Positions 13,455 to 27,080 of a DNA stretch of 64,000 bases are shown one piece after another. Under the pieces are notes generated by a model. It had not been told where the DNA came from, did no database searches, and saw only the letters and a list, made by a program, of their open reading frames with translations. The number at the start of each line of letters is the position of its first letter. Position 1 is the first letter of the stretch. The DNA is from Eledone cirrhosa (lineage: Eukaryota): contig OZ024743.1 in assembly GCA_964016885.1 (NCBI GenBank), forward strand, positions 146,196,001 to 146,260,000, written 5' to 3'. The translations under genes were made by a program, and so were the position numbers.

Positions 13455-13572
13455 CTGCCTCTATTTTTGTACTCATGAAGAAAAGCTAAAGCCTGACATG
13501 CCGAACTTTCTTTCCCCTTTTCCATATAAAGTGTGAAACTAAGAAGACTTTTGTATCTGTTTCCTTGAACTA
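13455..13572 (+). mobile_element. Penelope-like pseudo-LTR end, family H1 (degraded)
   Basis: gtactcatgaagaaaagctaaagcctgacatgccgaactttc...ccttgaacta matches 27332-27442 and 33899-34020. Confidence 0.55.
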
Positions 13573-13910
13573 TCATCATCATCATCATCATCATCATCAT
13601 TTTACGTCCGATTTTCCCTGCTTGCAAGGGTGGGACAGGAACTGATTCTGGCTTGATTTCTACAGCTGGATGCCCTTCCTAACATTTACAGTGAGGGCTG
13701 GGTGCTTTTTTGCCGTGGCACCTCCATGACCCCTTTGCAGTGGAATGATAGGGACCCCAGTCCTATCATCTCATTTCTACAGCTGAGTAAACTGGAGCAA
13801 TGTGAAATAAAGTGTCTTGCTCAAGGAAACAACACATCACCCGTTCTGAGAATTGAACTCACAACCTCTCGATTGCAAGGCCAATGCTTTAACCCATGTG
13901 CCTCCATCAC
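13573..13910 (-). mobile_element. SINE family B (tRNA head + CORE-like domain + RTE-derived tail)
   Basis: Reverse complement of 26471-26810; ends in (GAT)n. Confidence 0.85.
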
Positions 13911-14473
13911 TAATATATATATATATGAATCTATATTCCTTATAATCTATATAAATTTGTTATTTCTCACTAATACATTTATCCTCCCCAATTATTATTA
14001 TTATTATATTTTTTTCCCTTCGCTTTTAACAACTTTCTTCAATTACATCTAACTCTTATTTATCATATCTATATGAATTAATATAAATTTATCAATATAA
14101 ATATACCTATCAATTAAATTAATTTATTTTCTTTTTATAGATGTAAATTCCTTATGTTTTAAATAAGATTGATATTAAGATTGATATTAAGATTGATATA
14201 ACACATTTATCGTAAAATTTTATTCTCCTTAGATTTTAACACTAACATTATTCTTTTATAACATCAAATTTTCGTGTATTTTTCACCGGCTTGACCTATC
14301 TTCATCCCCAAAGTAATCTTTTCATTCAAAATACTCTTTCCATTCAAAACTGAAGTCTGCTTTCCTCTACCCCTAAATTAAATTTCAATTACTACTATTC
14401 TATCATCTTGACCATCCATGAAACTGGCTTTCTTAACCAAGAACTGGATCACAATAAGCAATTTTTTGCTTCT

Positions 14474-14526
<53 letters not shown>

Positions 14527-14529
<3 letters not shown>

Positions 14530-14700
14530 CACACTGTAAATGTGGTTGGTGTTAGGAAGGGCATCCAGCTGTAAAAAACCTGCCAGAGACACTTCCGTAT
14601 GAGCGAGGCACGGTCTCCTGACCATTCCCACATCAAATGAAACAAAACAGTCTAACCCATGCTAGTGTGGAAGATGTATGTTAAATGATGATGATGATGA
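14527..14700 (+). mobile_element. RTE/SINE 3' tail fragment
   Basis: ggttggtgttaggaagggcatccagctg...acccatgctagtgtgg...(gat)n. Confidence 0.75.
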
Positions 14701-14717
14701 TTATGACGATATTTATA

Positions 14718-17292
14718 TCATCATCATCATCATCATCATCAACGTTTAACGTCCGTGTTCCACGCTTGCATGGGTTTGGACGGGGGTAGTCCCACTTGAG
14801 GCAAGAGTGATTGTCTTGCTCGCATAGGACTGTCTGGCAGGTTTTCTACAGTTGGATGCCCTTCCTAACACCAACCACATTTACAGTGTGGGTCTGGGAG
14901 GTTTTTACCGTGTTGCCTACACGGCCACATTACAGCGTGGACTGTGTGTTTTTTTGTCGTGACACCTACACGATCTCATTTGTTTCGGCCCGGATGGCGC
15001 GGCACCAACATAACTTTACATAGGACGGGGTGGTGTGGATGGGGTGGGGGTGGTGGTGGTGGGACGGGGTGTATTTTGTTAGAGATGCCTACTGGCAAGG
15101 CGGGTCTTCTCTGTTACTGAGTACCGCCAAAGGTCTCGGTCCAGTGACATTGTCTTGGAGAGGTGTAAGTGTGTGAGGTCGGAGTTTATCAGCTCGTCCC
15201 AGGTTTTTCTAGGTCTGCCTATTCCGTGGCTACCGTCTATCTTTATTGCCCTGCACTTTGTTATACAGCTATCGACTTTCATGCGCATCACGTGTCCATA
15301 CCAACGTAGCCTTCTCTCGAGTAAACAACATCTGATCCCTCTTATCTCTAATTTTTTCCTTAGTTCGTTTATGCTTTGCCGTTCACGTATATTACTGTTA
15401 CACATCCAGCGGAGCATGCAAGCTTCGTTCCTCTCTAGTCTGCGTATATCCTCTGCACACAATGCCCAGGTCTCACTGCCATGCAACATTGCTGTTCGTA
15501 TGCAGGCATCGTACAACCTGCCTTTCATTTTTAGGGAGAACCCTTTAGCAGCTAATAGTGGTATAAGCTCTCTGAACTTTTTCCAACCAGTTCTGACTCT
15601 AGCTACAGTACTTTCAGAGCACCCTCCCCCACTGCTGATTTTATCGCCCAGGTAACGGAAGCTGTCCACTATTTCTATAGAACCCTCTGCGCAATTGAAA
15701 GAGCTAGTATTGTGTGGGCACTTGCTGCTACTTATTGCACCAGAACACCGGCCACATGTAAAATCTATGTTCTTAGTTAGCTTACCTGTGATCCCACTAC
15801 ATCTTTTATGCACCCATACTTTGCATTTAGGACACAAAATGGAGTTTCTACCTACGCCTTTCCTACACACCGAGCACGACCATTTCCCAGAAGGGACCGC
15901 CGCCTTGTTTTCTTTCCTACAAACTAGAACTTTGGTCTTAGCCAGGTTAATTTTAAGTCCTTTTGACTCTAGGCCGTGCTTCCATGTTTGGAATTTCTTC
16001 TCTAGCTCGGCCATTGATTCCGCTATGAGTGTCAGGTCGTCTGCGTATAGGAGTTCCCATGGGCAGCCTGTCTTGAACTCCTCTGTTATAGCCTGAAGGG
16101 CAATAATAAATAGTAGGGGGCTGAGAACAGAGCCCTGATGGACGCCAACTTTTACGCTAAACTCTTCACTATATTCGTTGTTAATTCTAACCTTGCTGAC
16201 TGTTTCTTTATACATGGCTTGTATAGCCCTCACAAGCCATTCGTCAACGCCTAGTTTTCTAAGAGCCCACCAGATAATGGAGCGGGGGACTCTGTCGAAG
16301 GCTTTCTCCAAGTCGACAAAAGCTAAGTAGAGGGGTTTACCTTTAGCTAGGTACTTCTCCTGTAGTTGTCGTACTATGAAAAGAGCGTCTGTGGTACTTT
16401 TGCCTGACACAAACCCGAACTGCATTTCATCTAGGTCAATTCTCTCTCTGATTAGTTGCGCTATTACTTTTTCTGTGACCTTCATGACCTGGTCGATTAA
16501 TTTAATGCCTCTATAGTTACTCCTATCTAGGGCGTCTCCTTTACCCTTATAACAGTTAACGATGATGCTGCTATGCCAGTCCTTCGGAACAGCCCCATTC
16601 TGTACGACTTGGTTAACTATGCGGGTGACCATGGTGTGTCCCACCGTGCCAGATGCCTTCAGCATCTCAGCAACTATTTCCGAAGGCCCAGCCGCCTTAC
16701 CTGTCTTCATATCCTTGATTGCCTTACTTATTATACTCCCCTCGACTAACACTGCTGGTCCCTCTATTGGGTCGACATGGGGGAGACTGTCTTTCTCCCA
16801 TTTATTCTCCTCATTTAGTAGCCTTTCATAGTGACACTTCCAAGCTGCCTTCTTATCAGTGTCGGTGATGGCAAGTATGCCATCATCGTTAAGTACACAC
16901 TTCTCCCCGACAATATCACGGTTTTCCTTGACGCATTGCCTAGCAATCCTGAACACCTCACGTTTTTGGTCATCGCGTTGTAGGACATGCTTGAACTTTC
17001 TTTCCTCAGCTTCCCTTCTTGCTAAGTACACTTCTCTCCTAGCTTCCCTCCTGGCCACTTGATAGTCTACTCTACTTCCCCCATCCCGCCATACTTTCCA
17101 AGCCTGCTTTTTGGCCTTAATTGACTCCTCCACCTTACTGTTCCACCACCATGTTACTCTCCTCCTGCCTACAGGCCTGCTCCAGCCACAGACTTCGTCT
17201 GTGGCCAACAGCAGGTTTGCTTTCAGAAATTCCCACTGTCCCTCTATATTGTCCGACTCTAAGTGTTCTTCCTTACTGTCGAAAGCATCAAG
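14718..17292 (-). mobile_element. Young RTE-clade LINE, 5'-truncated (copy 1)
   Basis: Uninterrupted RT ORF, 3' UTR with stem-loop and (GAT)n tail; near-identical to 28441-30810. Confidence 0.95.
15079..17208 (-). CDS. RTE ORF (5'-truncated): reverse transcriptase with embedded PHD-type finger
   Basis: NYRGIKL, QFGF, FVDLEKAFD, GVHQGSVLSP, YADD, FRYLG, RRLRWYGHVMR, GRPRKTW; C4HC3 motif between KTKVL and FRYLG. Confidence 0.93.
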   Translation of the reverse strand: MATDEVCGWSRPVGRRRVTWWWNSKVEESIKAKKQAWKVWRDGGSRVDYQVARREARREVYLARREAEERKFKHVLQRDDQKREVFRIARQCVKENRDIVGEKCVLNDDGILAITDTDKKAAWKCHYERLLNEENKWEKDSLPHVDPIEGPAVLVEGSIISKAIKDMKTGKAAGPSEIVAEMLKASGTVGHTMVTRIVNQVVQNGAVPKDWHSSIIVNCYKGKGDALDRSNYRGIKLIDQVMKVTEKVIAQLIRERIDLDEMQFGFVSGKSTTDALFIVRQLQEKYLAKGKPLYLAFVDLEKAFDRVPRSIIWWALRKLGVDEWLVRAIQAMYKETVSKVRINNEYSEEFSVKVGVHQGSVLSPLLFIIALQAITEEFKTGCPWELLYADDLTLIAESMAELEKKFQTWKHGLESKGLKINLAKTKVLVCRKENKAAVPSGKWSCSVCRKGVGRNSILCPKCKVWVHKRCSGITGKLTKNIDFTCGRCSGAISSSKCPHNTSSFNCAEGSIEIVDSFRYLGDKISSGGGCSESTVARVRTGWKKFRELIPLLAAKGFSLKMKGRLYDACIRTAMLHGSETWALCAEDIRRLERNEACMLRWMCNSNIRERQSINELRKKLEIRGIRCCLLERRLRWYGHVMRMKVDSCITKCRAIKIDGSHGIGRPRKTWDELINSDLTHLHLSKTMSLDRDLWRYSVTEKTRLASRHL

Positions 17293-17431
17293 ATATATAT
17301 ATATGCATATTTATAATATATATATATTATACATGTACAAATATATATATATCATCTATCTTGATCTATACACATATATATATCTCAAAGGTGATGACAC
17401 AGGATCAAGATCCACCACACTAACACAGGTT

Positions 17432-17480
17432 TAACCCTGCGATGGACTGGCGTCCTGTCCAGGGGGGAGTATTGTACTCT
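17432..17480 (+). mobile_element. V-SINE-domain-like fragment
   Basis: aaccctgcgatggactggcgtcctgtccaggggg resembles the V-SINE conserved domain. Confidence 0.5.
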
Positions 17481-17624
17481 CAAGATCTATGGTATTACGC
17501 AACATAATAGGGGTGTATATGAAAACATATATGTTTATATACAATAAAAATATGGGAGCCTCACTTTCAAAGAAAAAAAACAATTTTCTTCATGAAATAA
17601 TTATTTTTCTCTCTTTTGCTCTGT

Positions 17625-19015
17625 GAACACGTTTTGAGCAGCTGTTTCAAGGCCCACAGGGTTCTATTGTTGGAGACATGATCAAGTTCTCAAGACTATC
17701 ACTGAGGCAATCAGCACATGGATCAGAGATAGTAGACACCACCCATACTGATTATGTTTGTTAAGGAAAAAAGAGGTTTGAAGAAAAGACCCAAGAATTG
17801 CTCTCGAGGTTTACTTCCCACAGCAAAAGTTTGGGTAATGACGGTTGATATGGTGAGGTCTCTTCTTCTTCTTCTTCTTCTTCTTCTTCTTCTTCTTCTT
17901 CTTCTTCTTCTTCTTCTTCTTCTTCTTCTTCTTCTTCTTCTTCTTCTTCTTCTTCTTCTTCTTCTTCTTCTTCTTCTTCTTCTTCTTCTTCTTCTTCTTC
18001 TTCTGCTGCTGCTGCTGCTGCTGCTACTTATTCCCGAGAGGGTCGTTGGGGCAGACCACCTTCTCTCAAGTTAAGCAACACCATGTCGTCTGCAAATACC
18101 AGCCGGCTGATTCTACACTTGCCAGTCGTGATACCACTTCAAACCTGGCTGCACATGTAAATCCTGTTCATGAAAATAACGAACAGGAGAGGTGACAGTA
18201 CACACCCTTGGTGGAGTCTGACTCCCACATTGAATGGTTTTGATTTAGCACCATTTATCTGATCACAAATACTCGGGCATTTGCATAGAGACATCAAGGT
18301 AGCAAGAAGCTGACCATCGATCCTATATTCCTGCAAAATCTACCACAGCAGGTCCTATGGAATGCAGCCATATGCCTTTTCAAGGTCTACAAAGCAAGAA
18401 AACTCCTCTTGGTAGTACTTTCATGATTTCTCAAAGATTTTCCGCAGTGTGAATATTTGGTCGGCTGTGCTGTGTCTGGGGCAAAAACCATACTGTTCAT
18501 CAGCTAGCTTCGACTCGACAATCTCCCTACATCTCTTTTCCAGACACTTATCATAGACTTTATTGGGGAGGCTTAACAAGGAGATTCCCCTGGTGAGGTG
18601 GCTGAAAAAATTCAATCACATACCACTTAGTTAATGTTGAGACCAGATACCATCTTGGTTTCTGAGAGGACAAGATAGTTAATTTTACTGATACTAAATG
18701 TTGTCTGGAAGGAGAGGATTGAGGAGGAACAAGAAAGGAAGAGATAAAAATAGCATGAGTTGATGGAGGACTGCAGTGAGAAAGGGTGGACTAAATGCAT
18801 GCCATTGGAGGTGGGCAGTCATGTGCTTTCATGTCGTTCTCTTAGTAAGGTCTACAGAATTCTGGACATTATGGGAATGAGCAGAGAACATGGCAACTAT
18901 AGAAAGGGCATCTAGATAACTCTGGCTGATAAGAAGTGAGCAATGGGGTCAGTAGAATGTCACTTTGACATAGGCTGATTACATCAATCAGGTTACCTGG
19001 CTAAGGGAACATGTT
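17625..19015 (+). mobile_element. Degraded Hero-clade non-LTR 3' region (zinc finger + RLE), split by an RTE insertion
   Basis: HVLSSC..RHDQVLKTI..GLLPTAKVWVMTVD (17625-17858) resumes as LRPDTILVSE..EEEQERKR..PLEVGS..ERASR.LW (18600-18950). Confidence 0.7.
17860..18590 (-). mobile_element. Expander/Rex3-like RTE, 5'-truncated and internally deleted, with (AAG)n tail
   Basis: RGISLLSLPNKVY..EQYGF..FVDLEKAY..QGCVLSPLLF..FADD, then a jump to the 3' end; 9-bp TSD tggtgaggt at 17851 and 18591. Confidence 0.85.
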
Positions 19016-19291
19016 ATAATACCATCAAATTTAGCTTTAATAAAGAAAATATTAATCTCTACTATAGTACTGATTCTCATGAATGTCAATACTAAGTGTG
19101 TATATATAGGTGTGTGTGTGTGTTTGTGTGTTTGAGTATACAGGACAGTCTTACAGGCTAAATATAGTGAGTAAAAAAATGCCAATCAACTGGCATTATC
19201 CTTGCAATTTCAAGATAAGAACTCCATTTAGGGTTGTTCTTATTCAGAAGAAGCAGCCCTAGGAGAGAAGCTCTATAATACCAATTGATCC

Positions 19292-19328
<37 letters not shown>

Positions 19329-19759
19329 CAATCATTATTGTATATATACGTATTTATATACTGTATTCATTTGTGCACAACACACATTTTGGTCATGAAA
19401 AACCATTTATGGTATAAATATCCGAATGTTGGCTTTACAGTCTATGTACTTTTGTGGTTTACACCAGTGAAGTTGGAAGGTTACGTTTGAATTTGTCTTG
19501 TTTGATTTATTATAATCCCTGTATAAAATACACCACTTCTAAAGAATCTAATCAAACATTCCTTTTTTATATGTTGCAATACTAAAAAGAAAGGAAGTCA
19601 GTGCATATTATTCATATTTTTAGTAGTCAATGTGTGCAAAAATTTTAGATTGTACAATTTTTTTTCTGCGACAGATGTGTATGCACACATCAATTATTTG
19701 CGTGCACATTATAAAGCAACACTTTAGCACAACTAATTAGGGAAAAAGTCAAATTAGAT

Positions 19760-21615
19760 GAGATGTGTTTTGGATTTGTGCTAGGAAGGAGTATCGCAGA
19801 TGTTCTTTTCTTAATGAGACAGTTTTTGTTGATCTGGGGAAGGCCTTTGACAGATTAACACAATCTCTTATTTGGTTGTTCTTAAGGAAACGAGGTGAGT
19901 GACATGTCAGAGCACTACAAGCCATGTATAGTGGTGCTGTCAGTAAAGTGAGAGTAGTTAATGAGTTTAGTGAAGAATACAATGTGCAGGTGGGTGTTCA
20001 TCAAAGCTCAATCCTCAGTCCTCTCACGTTTATTATAATCTTATAGGTCATAACAGAGGAGTTTAATACTGGCTGCTCATGGGAACTTTTGTATGCTAAT
20101 GATCTGGTTCTTATAGCTGAATCTGTGAGAGCTAGGAAAGAAATTCTTGTAGAAACAGAACTTAGAATCAAAAGGGTTGAGAGTGAACTTAGCAATGACT
20201 ATAGTTTTAGTAAATAGAAAGAAGATAGGACCCTGATCCCTTCAGGGTAATGGCTTTACTCAATATATAGAAAAGTATTAGCTAGGAACTCTATTCAATG
20301 TACACAATGCAAGGTATGGGTACATAAAAGGTGTAGTGGGATAGTAGGTAAGGCAAAAGCAAAGGTTGATTTTGTGTGTGGTAAATGCACAGGGGTAGTC
20401 AATAGTAAAAGTTCCAGTGAAATAAACTTTTTCCAATCTCAAGAAGTTACTATAGAAGTAGTTCACTGCTTCAGTTAACTAGGAGCCCTAATCAGCAGTG
20501 GAGGAGGTTGCTTTTAAAGGATAGAAAAAGTTGATGGAACTAGTACCCATGTTGTCAAGAAAAGGTTTTCTCCATGAACAAAAGGATAGCTTTATGATGC
20601 AAATTACAATGCTGCATTGGAGTGAGTTATGGGCAGGGTGTGCAGAGGATATGCAAAGGCTGGAGAGAATGAAGTGAATATCTTCTGATAAATGTGTGAT
20701 GTTAGTCTGCATGGATGTTTAGCAGGATATTAAATAATGATCATAATATTTATATTTGTAGAAGTCACCAATATTTAATAGTCACCAGTTTAGCTGTTAA
20801 ATAATATTATGCCATGTAATAATAATATCAACAACAATAATAATAATAATGATGTATTTTGTTGTAACAGGAACGGTATGGTTTGTTATATCATTAAATG
20901 TAAGTTGAATTGAGGTTCGGCTGTAAGTTTCAGGCTCTGTTGCTGCTGTGATAACTCTGGAAGGGATCTTTCCATATCACATTTAAAGGCTATGGCTGTG
21001 GTAATAGCATCACAAGACTTCACAATGTTTTTACATAATTTAATTACAAACCGATTACAAAGATTGAACTGGGTTGAGCTGGCATGCCAAAACAAATGAA
21101 CAAACAAATCAAGAATTTAGAAGGTATGGTGTTGTCATTACATATTGGCTAGTGGTTGCGGGGCAAAAGAAAAGCGGTTCTTTACCTTTCCACAGCTGAA
21201 GCAACAAGAGATAGAATTTATCGAAAGTAGCAGCAAAATCTCCGTTTGGGCGGAAGTTGAAAATACATATCCGTGTGCGGCTCACGAGTGGCCTAACTTA
21301 GCCAAATCATGCACGAATAGCCTATCAATGCGCCAAAGGAAAGTAGCTTGCTACAGATTAATTGAGAGAAAAACTGGGTATAAAAAGAATTAGATGAAGT
21401 TTACAAGAGAGAAGACTATAGGGATGGACATGTGATGCTAATAGATAATGATCATTGGATGAAGAAGTGCCAAGAGAGTAAGACGAAGAAAGATCTGAGT
21501 AGAGGTGGTGAGGGCTGAAGTTATCTTGTTGAACCACAGAAAAGTGATGAGGATGGATGCAACAAGGACCTGTCCAACTCATGCAAACATAGTAAAACAG
21601 ACATGATGATAATAA
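19760..21615 (+). mobile_element. Degraded older RTE (PHD-type family), interrupted at about 20718-21355
   Basis: FVDLGKAFD, GVHQSSILSP, CSWELLYAND, CTQCKVWVHKRC; resumes LREKLG.. to the 3' tail. Confidence 0.85.
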
Positions 21616-21638
21616 TGAAAGGATGATATATACATACA

Positions 21639-21887
21639 TACGAGGGTAATCCCAAAAGTAAGGTCTCCAAAGTGATGGGGACGCAGAGAAACTGTTCGTA
21701 CAGCTGTTGGCAACACTGTTGTGATTGGTGCTTCCTTCACTCCCAAACAAGCATGCGCGCGCTTCACTGGGATGCTCAATCTTGGCTTGGCAGCCGTTGA
21801 GAATGGAGATCCCGTTGAACGCTACCGCCAAGTGCAAATTTTGCGCAGTTATTATATAGAGGGCAATCCCAAAAGTAAGGTCCCCTT
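21639..21887 (+). mobile_element. mariner 5' end fragment plus a second TIR copy
   Basis: TA-CGAGGGTAATCCCAAAAGTAAGGTC TIR, then MEIPLNATAKCKFCAVI transposase start; TIR repeated directly at 21857-21886. Confidence 0.7.
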
Positions 21888-21993
21888 TATATATATATAT
21901 ATATACACCCATATGTAGTTGATGGCCGAGAGAAAAGAATACTCTGCAGAAGTAGAGTTTAAATATTCATTTTAATAAGGCTAAATAGCGAGT

Positions 21994-22040
21994 CTTGTTA
22001 CTCTGAAGTTTCACTCCTTTTCACAGGGTCATCAGATAAG
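21994..22040 (-). ncRNA. Minimal type-I hammerhead ribozyme motif in a Penelope-like pLTR remnant
   Basis: CUUAU CUGAUGA CCCUGUGAAAAGGAGU GAAAC UUCAGA GUA ACAAG (stem I has one mismatch). Confidence 0.6.
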
Positions 22041-22079
22041 TGTGTGTATGTGTGTATGTATATGAGTTTTGCACATGTT

Positions 22080-23562
22080 CATGATGATTATTGGCACAGG
22101 ATGTTCTGGATTGCTAAGTAGGTTGTCAGTATGAACCAGGATGTCATTTAGGGTGGTGAACTGATGAAATATTCTGTCCACCTCGAGATATTAAAAGCCT
22201 TAAATAGAGAAAATATTCTCTGGTTGACTCATGTGTGCCAGGTGGCCTTGTTCTCTGGAAAGGCACCTAAGCAATAACAATTGAGAGTGATAATGCCAAT
22301 TTTCAAAAAGGGGGACAAAAGAAATTACTCTAATTATAGAGGGATCTGCTTGTTATACCTCCCCAGTAAAGTCTAAGTATCTGCTAAGTATCTGGCAAAG
22401 AGATGTGAGGATATTGTCAAGACTAAGCTAACTGATGAACAGTGTGGTTTTTGTCCCAGATGCAGCTCAAGCTGACCACATTTTCACACTGCAGTAAGTC
22501 ATTGAGAAATTTGGAAGTATTGAGAAGAGGCATATGCTTGTTTTGTAGACCCCGAAAAGGTATACAACTGTGTTCTATGGGACCTGTTGTGGAAGGTTCT
22601 GCAGGAGTATGGGATTGATGGGCAGCTTCTTGTTGTTCTGAAATCTTTATATGAATGCCTTAGTATTTGTGTTTGAATAAATAGTGCTAAGTTGAAACCA
22701 TTCAATGTAGGTGTTGGACTCTGCCAAGGGTGCGAACTGTCATCTCTCCTGTTCATAATCTTCATGAACAGGATTGACATGTGCAGCTGGGTTGGAAGTA
22801 ATCAGGTGTAGCATCAGTCAACTAGAATTTGCAGATGATCTCTGACATGCACTTGATAGGTTTGTTGCGGAGTGCTGCATGGCAGAAATGAAAATTAGTG
22901 TACTCTAGATGTGAGTGGAGTTCTTCTGAAGCAGATAGAAAAGTTTAAGTATCTCAGGGTCGTTTTCATGAGTGATACAAGGTTGAATTAAGTGAAAGTA
23001 TTGCAGGAGCTGGTGTAATAATGTGTCAGATTCAGCATTTGGCCATCAGAAGAAGGGAGGTAGGTAAAAAAAGCCAAGCTTGCAATCTTCAATTTCATAT
23101 TTGTGCCAACCCTTATAATGAAATTGAACATACAAGTCCTGTTTAGTAACCGCAGAGAAACATTAACTAGATATTGCCTAGACAATTAGGACCTGCAATA
23201 TGTTGTAAAAAAAAATGTAACAAATATAAAAGAAAAAAAAAACAGGCTACCAAAACAGGAAAAACATTTAAGATATTACTTTTGAAATATCTCATGGCCA
23301 TATCACGATTGAAGGAAGGCTGGTGTAGTAATGCATCAGAAGGAAGGCTGGTGTAGTAATGTAATCAGAAGAAGGGAGGTAGGTGTAAAAGCAAAACTTG
23401 CTATCTTCAATTCAGTATTTGTGCCAACCCTTACATATGGTCATGAATCTTGGGTAATGACTGAAAGAAAACGATTACAAATACAAGCAACTGTAATGGG
23501 GTTCTGCCGAAGGGTCCTTGGAGTAATCAGAAAGTTGCTCCAGGTAGAGCCACTACTTCTCT
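22080..23562 (+). mobile_element. Degraded Expander/Rex3-like RTE
   Basis: PIFKKGDK..NYRGI, GVGLCQGCELSSLLF, FKYL, PTLTYGHESWVMTE; many stops. Confidence 0.85.
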
Positions 23563-23564
23563 GA

Positions 23565-23995
23565 AAGTAACATCTGGATGCTGCATATACGGATCAATGA
23601 GCACATGACAATAAGAGCTTTCTTTCTTAAAAAACATCTTGACAGATGCTGCATCCAAGACATTGAGGTCACCATAGAAGCAACAAAAAGGAATATAGGC
23701 AATTTAAGAATCAAAGAGGCCATTGTCATCAGCCAGGAAAGACCAAAAATAAATAATAGATTGGAAATGCACGAGGCGGACTCATTGCTATAATGATTTG
23801 ATGTATGCGTATTTCAGATATGCATACATATTTCAGAATGGAATGTGTTTTTTTAGACACACAGGCCAGTTAAGGAGAAAACACATTTGAAAAGAGGGTT
23901 ATAGCCCTGAAATATACTGGGTAAAACATTACTCTGTTTTGCTTTATTTGGCATCCTTTGCCCATTATATATTTCTACTATATTGTACCGGCTTT
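23565..23995 (+). mobile_element. Penelope-like element 3' end (GIY-YIG C-terminus + pLTR)
   Basis: LHIRINEH..LRIKEAIVISQERPKIN followed by decayed hammerhead-like ttgaaaagagggttatagccctgaaat. Confidence 0.7.
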
Positions 23996-24039
23996 TTGAA
24001 AATTATTGGTCTTTAATTATATATATATATACACACATG

Positions 24040-24079
<40 letters not shown>

Positions 24080-24299
24080 TGTATGTGTGTGTGTGTGTAT
24101 ACACACACAGACACATATATATATACACACATATATATATATATATACATATATATATACACATATATATATACATATATATATGTATATATGTATATAT
24201 ATGTATATACACACACATGCATACATACACACAAACACACAGACATATATAGGACTTTGTATGTAGTAAATGTTAAGGGACAATTCATAGTAAGAGTGC

Positions 24300-24855
24300 C
24301 GGTGATGTCTATCTTTTCCAATCCCAGATAGGATCTATAGAAGTGGTTGTTAGCGTCTGTTACCTAGGGGATATAATTTGCAGTGGAGGGTGTTGTGAGT
24401 TCATAGTAGCAAGTACAAGGACAAGATGTGATGCTGCACGGTTGTAAGACATGGGTAGTGAACGCGGAAGATATGTGATGGCTGAAGAGAAATGAAGCAA
24501 GCATGTGTCGATTAATGTGTGTCAGCAACAAAGCATGAATGAACTAAGAGATAAACTAGGTATAAAGAGGAATCTGATGTAGTGTGAAAGAGAGAAGACT
24601 GTGCTGGTATGGACATGTGATGTGCTTGCTGATGATTGCTGGGTGAAGAAGTGGCAAGAAATTCCAGTGGAAGGAAGCCACAGTAGATAACGACAAAAGA
24701 AGACCTGGGCAGAGGTTGTGAGAGCTGATTACAAATTGCTGAAGCTCGCAGAGGAGATGGTGAAAGAATGTGATGAGTGAAGAGGTGCTGTGCTGGAAAA
24801 GACCCGTCCAACTCATGCATGCATGGAACAACAGACATAAAATGATGATGATGAT
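24300..24855 (+). mobile_element. Degraded RTE 3' end
   Basis: YLGD, RRLCWYGHVM-like segments, ccaactcatgcatgcatgg stem-loop and (gat)n tail. Confidence 0.8.
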
Positions 24856-24911
24856 ACACATGCACCCACTCACACACATATGCACCCACTCACACACACA
24901 TGCACACACAT

Positions 24912-24961
<50 letters not shown>

Positions 24962-24968
24962 ACAGATA

Positions 24969-25640
24969 TACATGAGGGGCAACTGAAAAGTTTTGAGCCA
25001 TTAAAAAAAGGGTTGCTTATACAAATATTTTGTTTTATTTTTCAACATAGATTCCCTTTGAGTCCACACACTTCTTCCACCGGTGCTGAAGTGTCTGGAT
25101 CCCACTGAAGTAGAACTCCTTTGTTTGGTCCTCCAGGTAGGTGTCCACAGCATGTATGGCATCATGATCTAGTTTTGTCCGGCCATATCCTTTTTCATGC
25201 TTGGGAACAGGTGAAAGCCGGAGGGTGCGAGGTCTGGCCTGTATGGTGGATGAGGGACGAATTGCACCCCAGAAAATGGTAGCCATGACCTTTCCTGTTG
25301 ATGGTGTGACCTTGGCCTTCTTCAGGGTGGGGGAGGATGGGTGCTTCCACTGTTTAGACTGCGCTTTTGTTTTGTGTTGGTGGTGATGGACCTAGGTCCC
25401 GTCCATGGTTACAAATTGTGCCAGGAAATCTTCCAGATCAGCTTCAAAAAGTTCCAAATTGTTGGATGACATGGTTCAATGAGTGCACTTATGTTCCTCA
25501 CTCAAAAGACGTGGAACCCAGTGTGCAGACACTTTTCTCAAACTAAGCTAGTCTGTCAGAATATTATTGGTTCACTCCTCTGAGATGCCTAACATATTTG
25601 CTATCTGATGAGATGACAGTCATCGATAATCGATTACTTA
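24969..25640 (-). mobile_element. mariner (irritans/Hsmar2-like) internally deleted fragment
   Basis: KVMATIFW, HPPYRPDLAPSGFHLF, RWKKCVDSKGIYVEK*; TIR-like gaggggcaactgaaaagt near 24974. Confidence 0.85.
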
Positions 25641-25920
25641 GAACGATTTTTGCTTTGGTTTATGAAATATGAAACAGTACTGTAAGGAAAATAAGGACTT
25701 TTCCACCCGAAACTATGTACTTTTCCTAAATATTATATGCTTTGTATATGTGTACAAAATACAATGTGTTTCTCTAATGATATATAGCTCTTTTTCTCTC
25801 TATATATACAAATATCTTTTAATTTGAATTATTGATGCTCTGGATAAACATCCATTGAGCTTTTCTACTGAGAAACATAATCATCATACATATCATGTAT
25901 GTTATGATACCTTAACTTAG

Positions 25921-26810
<890 letters not shown>

Positions 26811-26927
26811 ATAACGAAGGAAATGTGGTAAGGAACCAGATGGACCATAATGCACCAAAGTACTCAATACCTAGGGTAGTAGAGTGGGTAATAGGAACAA
26901 GTATGTACTTGTTCCTATATATATATA

Positions 26928-27080
26928 TGATATAGAAATGGCTTCTACAAGACTATAACTGTTTCATTCAAAGGAAATCATCTGGTTCTGTAGAAGCCAT
27001 TTCTATATTAAAAATTTATACTCTGCTATGTATTGAGTACCTTACTTACTGTGGTTACTCCTGATTGAACCCGGGATTCA
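26928..27080. mobile_element. Penelope-like inverted pLTR remnant (family of 5340-5565)
   Basis: atatagaaatggcttctaca ... tgtagaagccatttctatat inverted pair. Confidence 0.55.

Noticed and set aside
15155-17062. Antisense ORFs over the RTE copies
   Set aside because: Shadow frames of the RT ORF with no recognisable motifs
17754-18074. Poly-Leu ORF
   Set aside because: Antisense of the (AAG)n tail of a retro-insertion fused to Hero sequence
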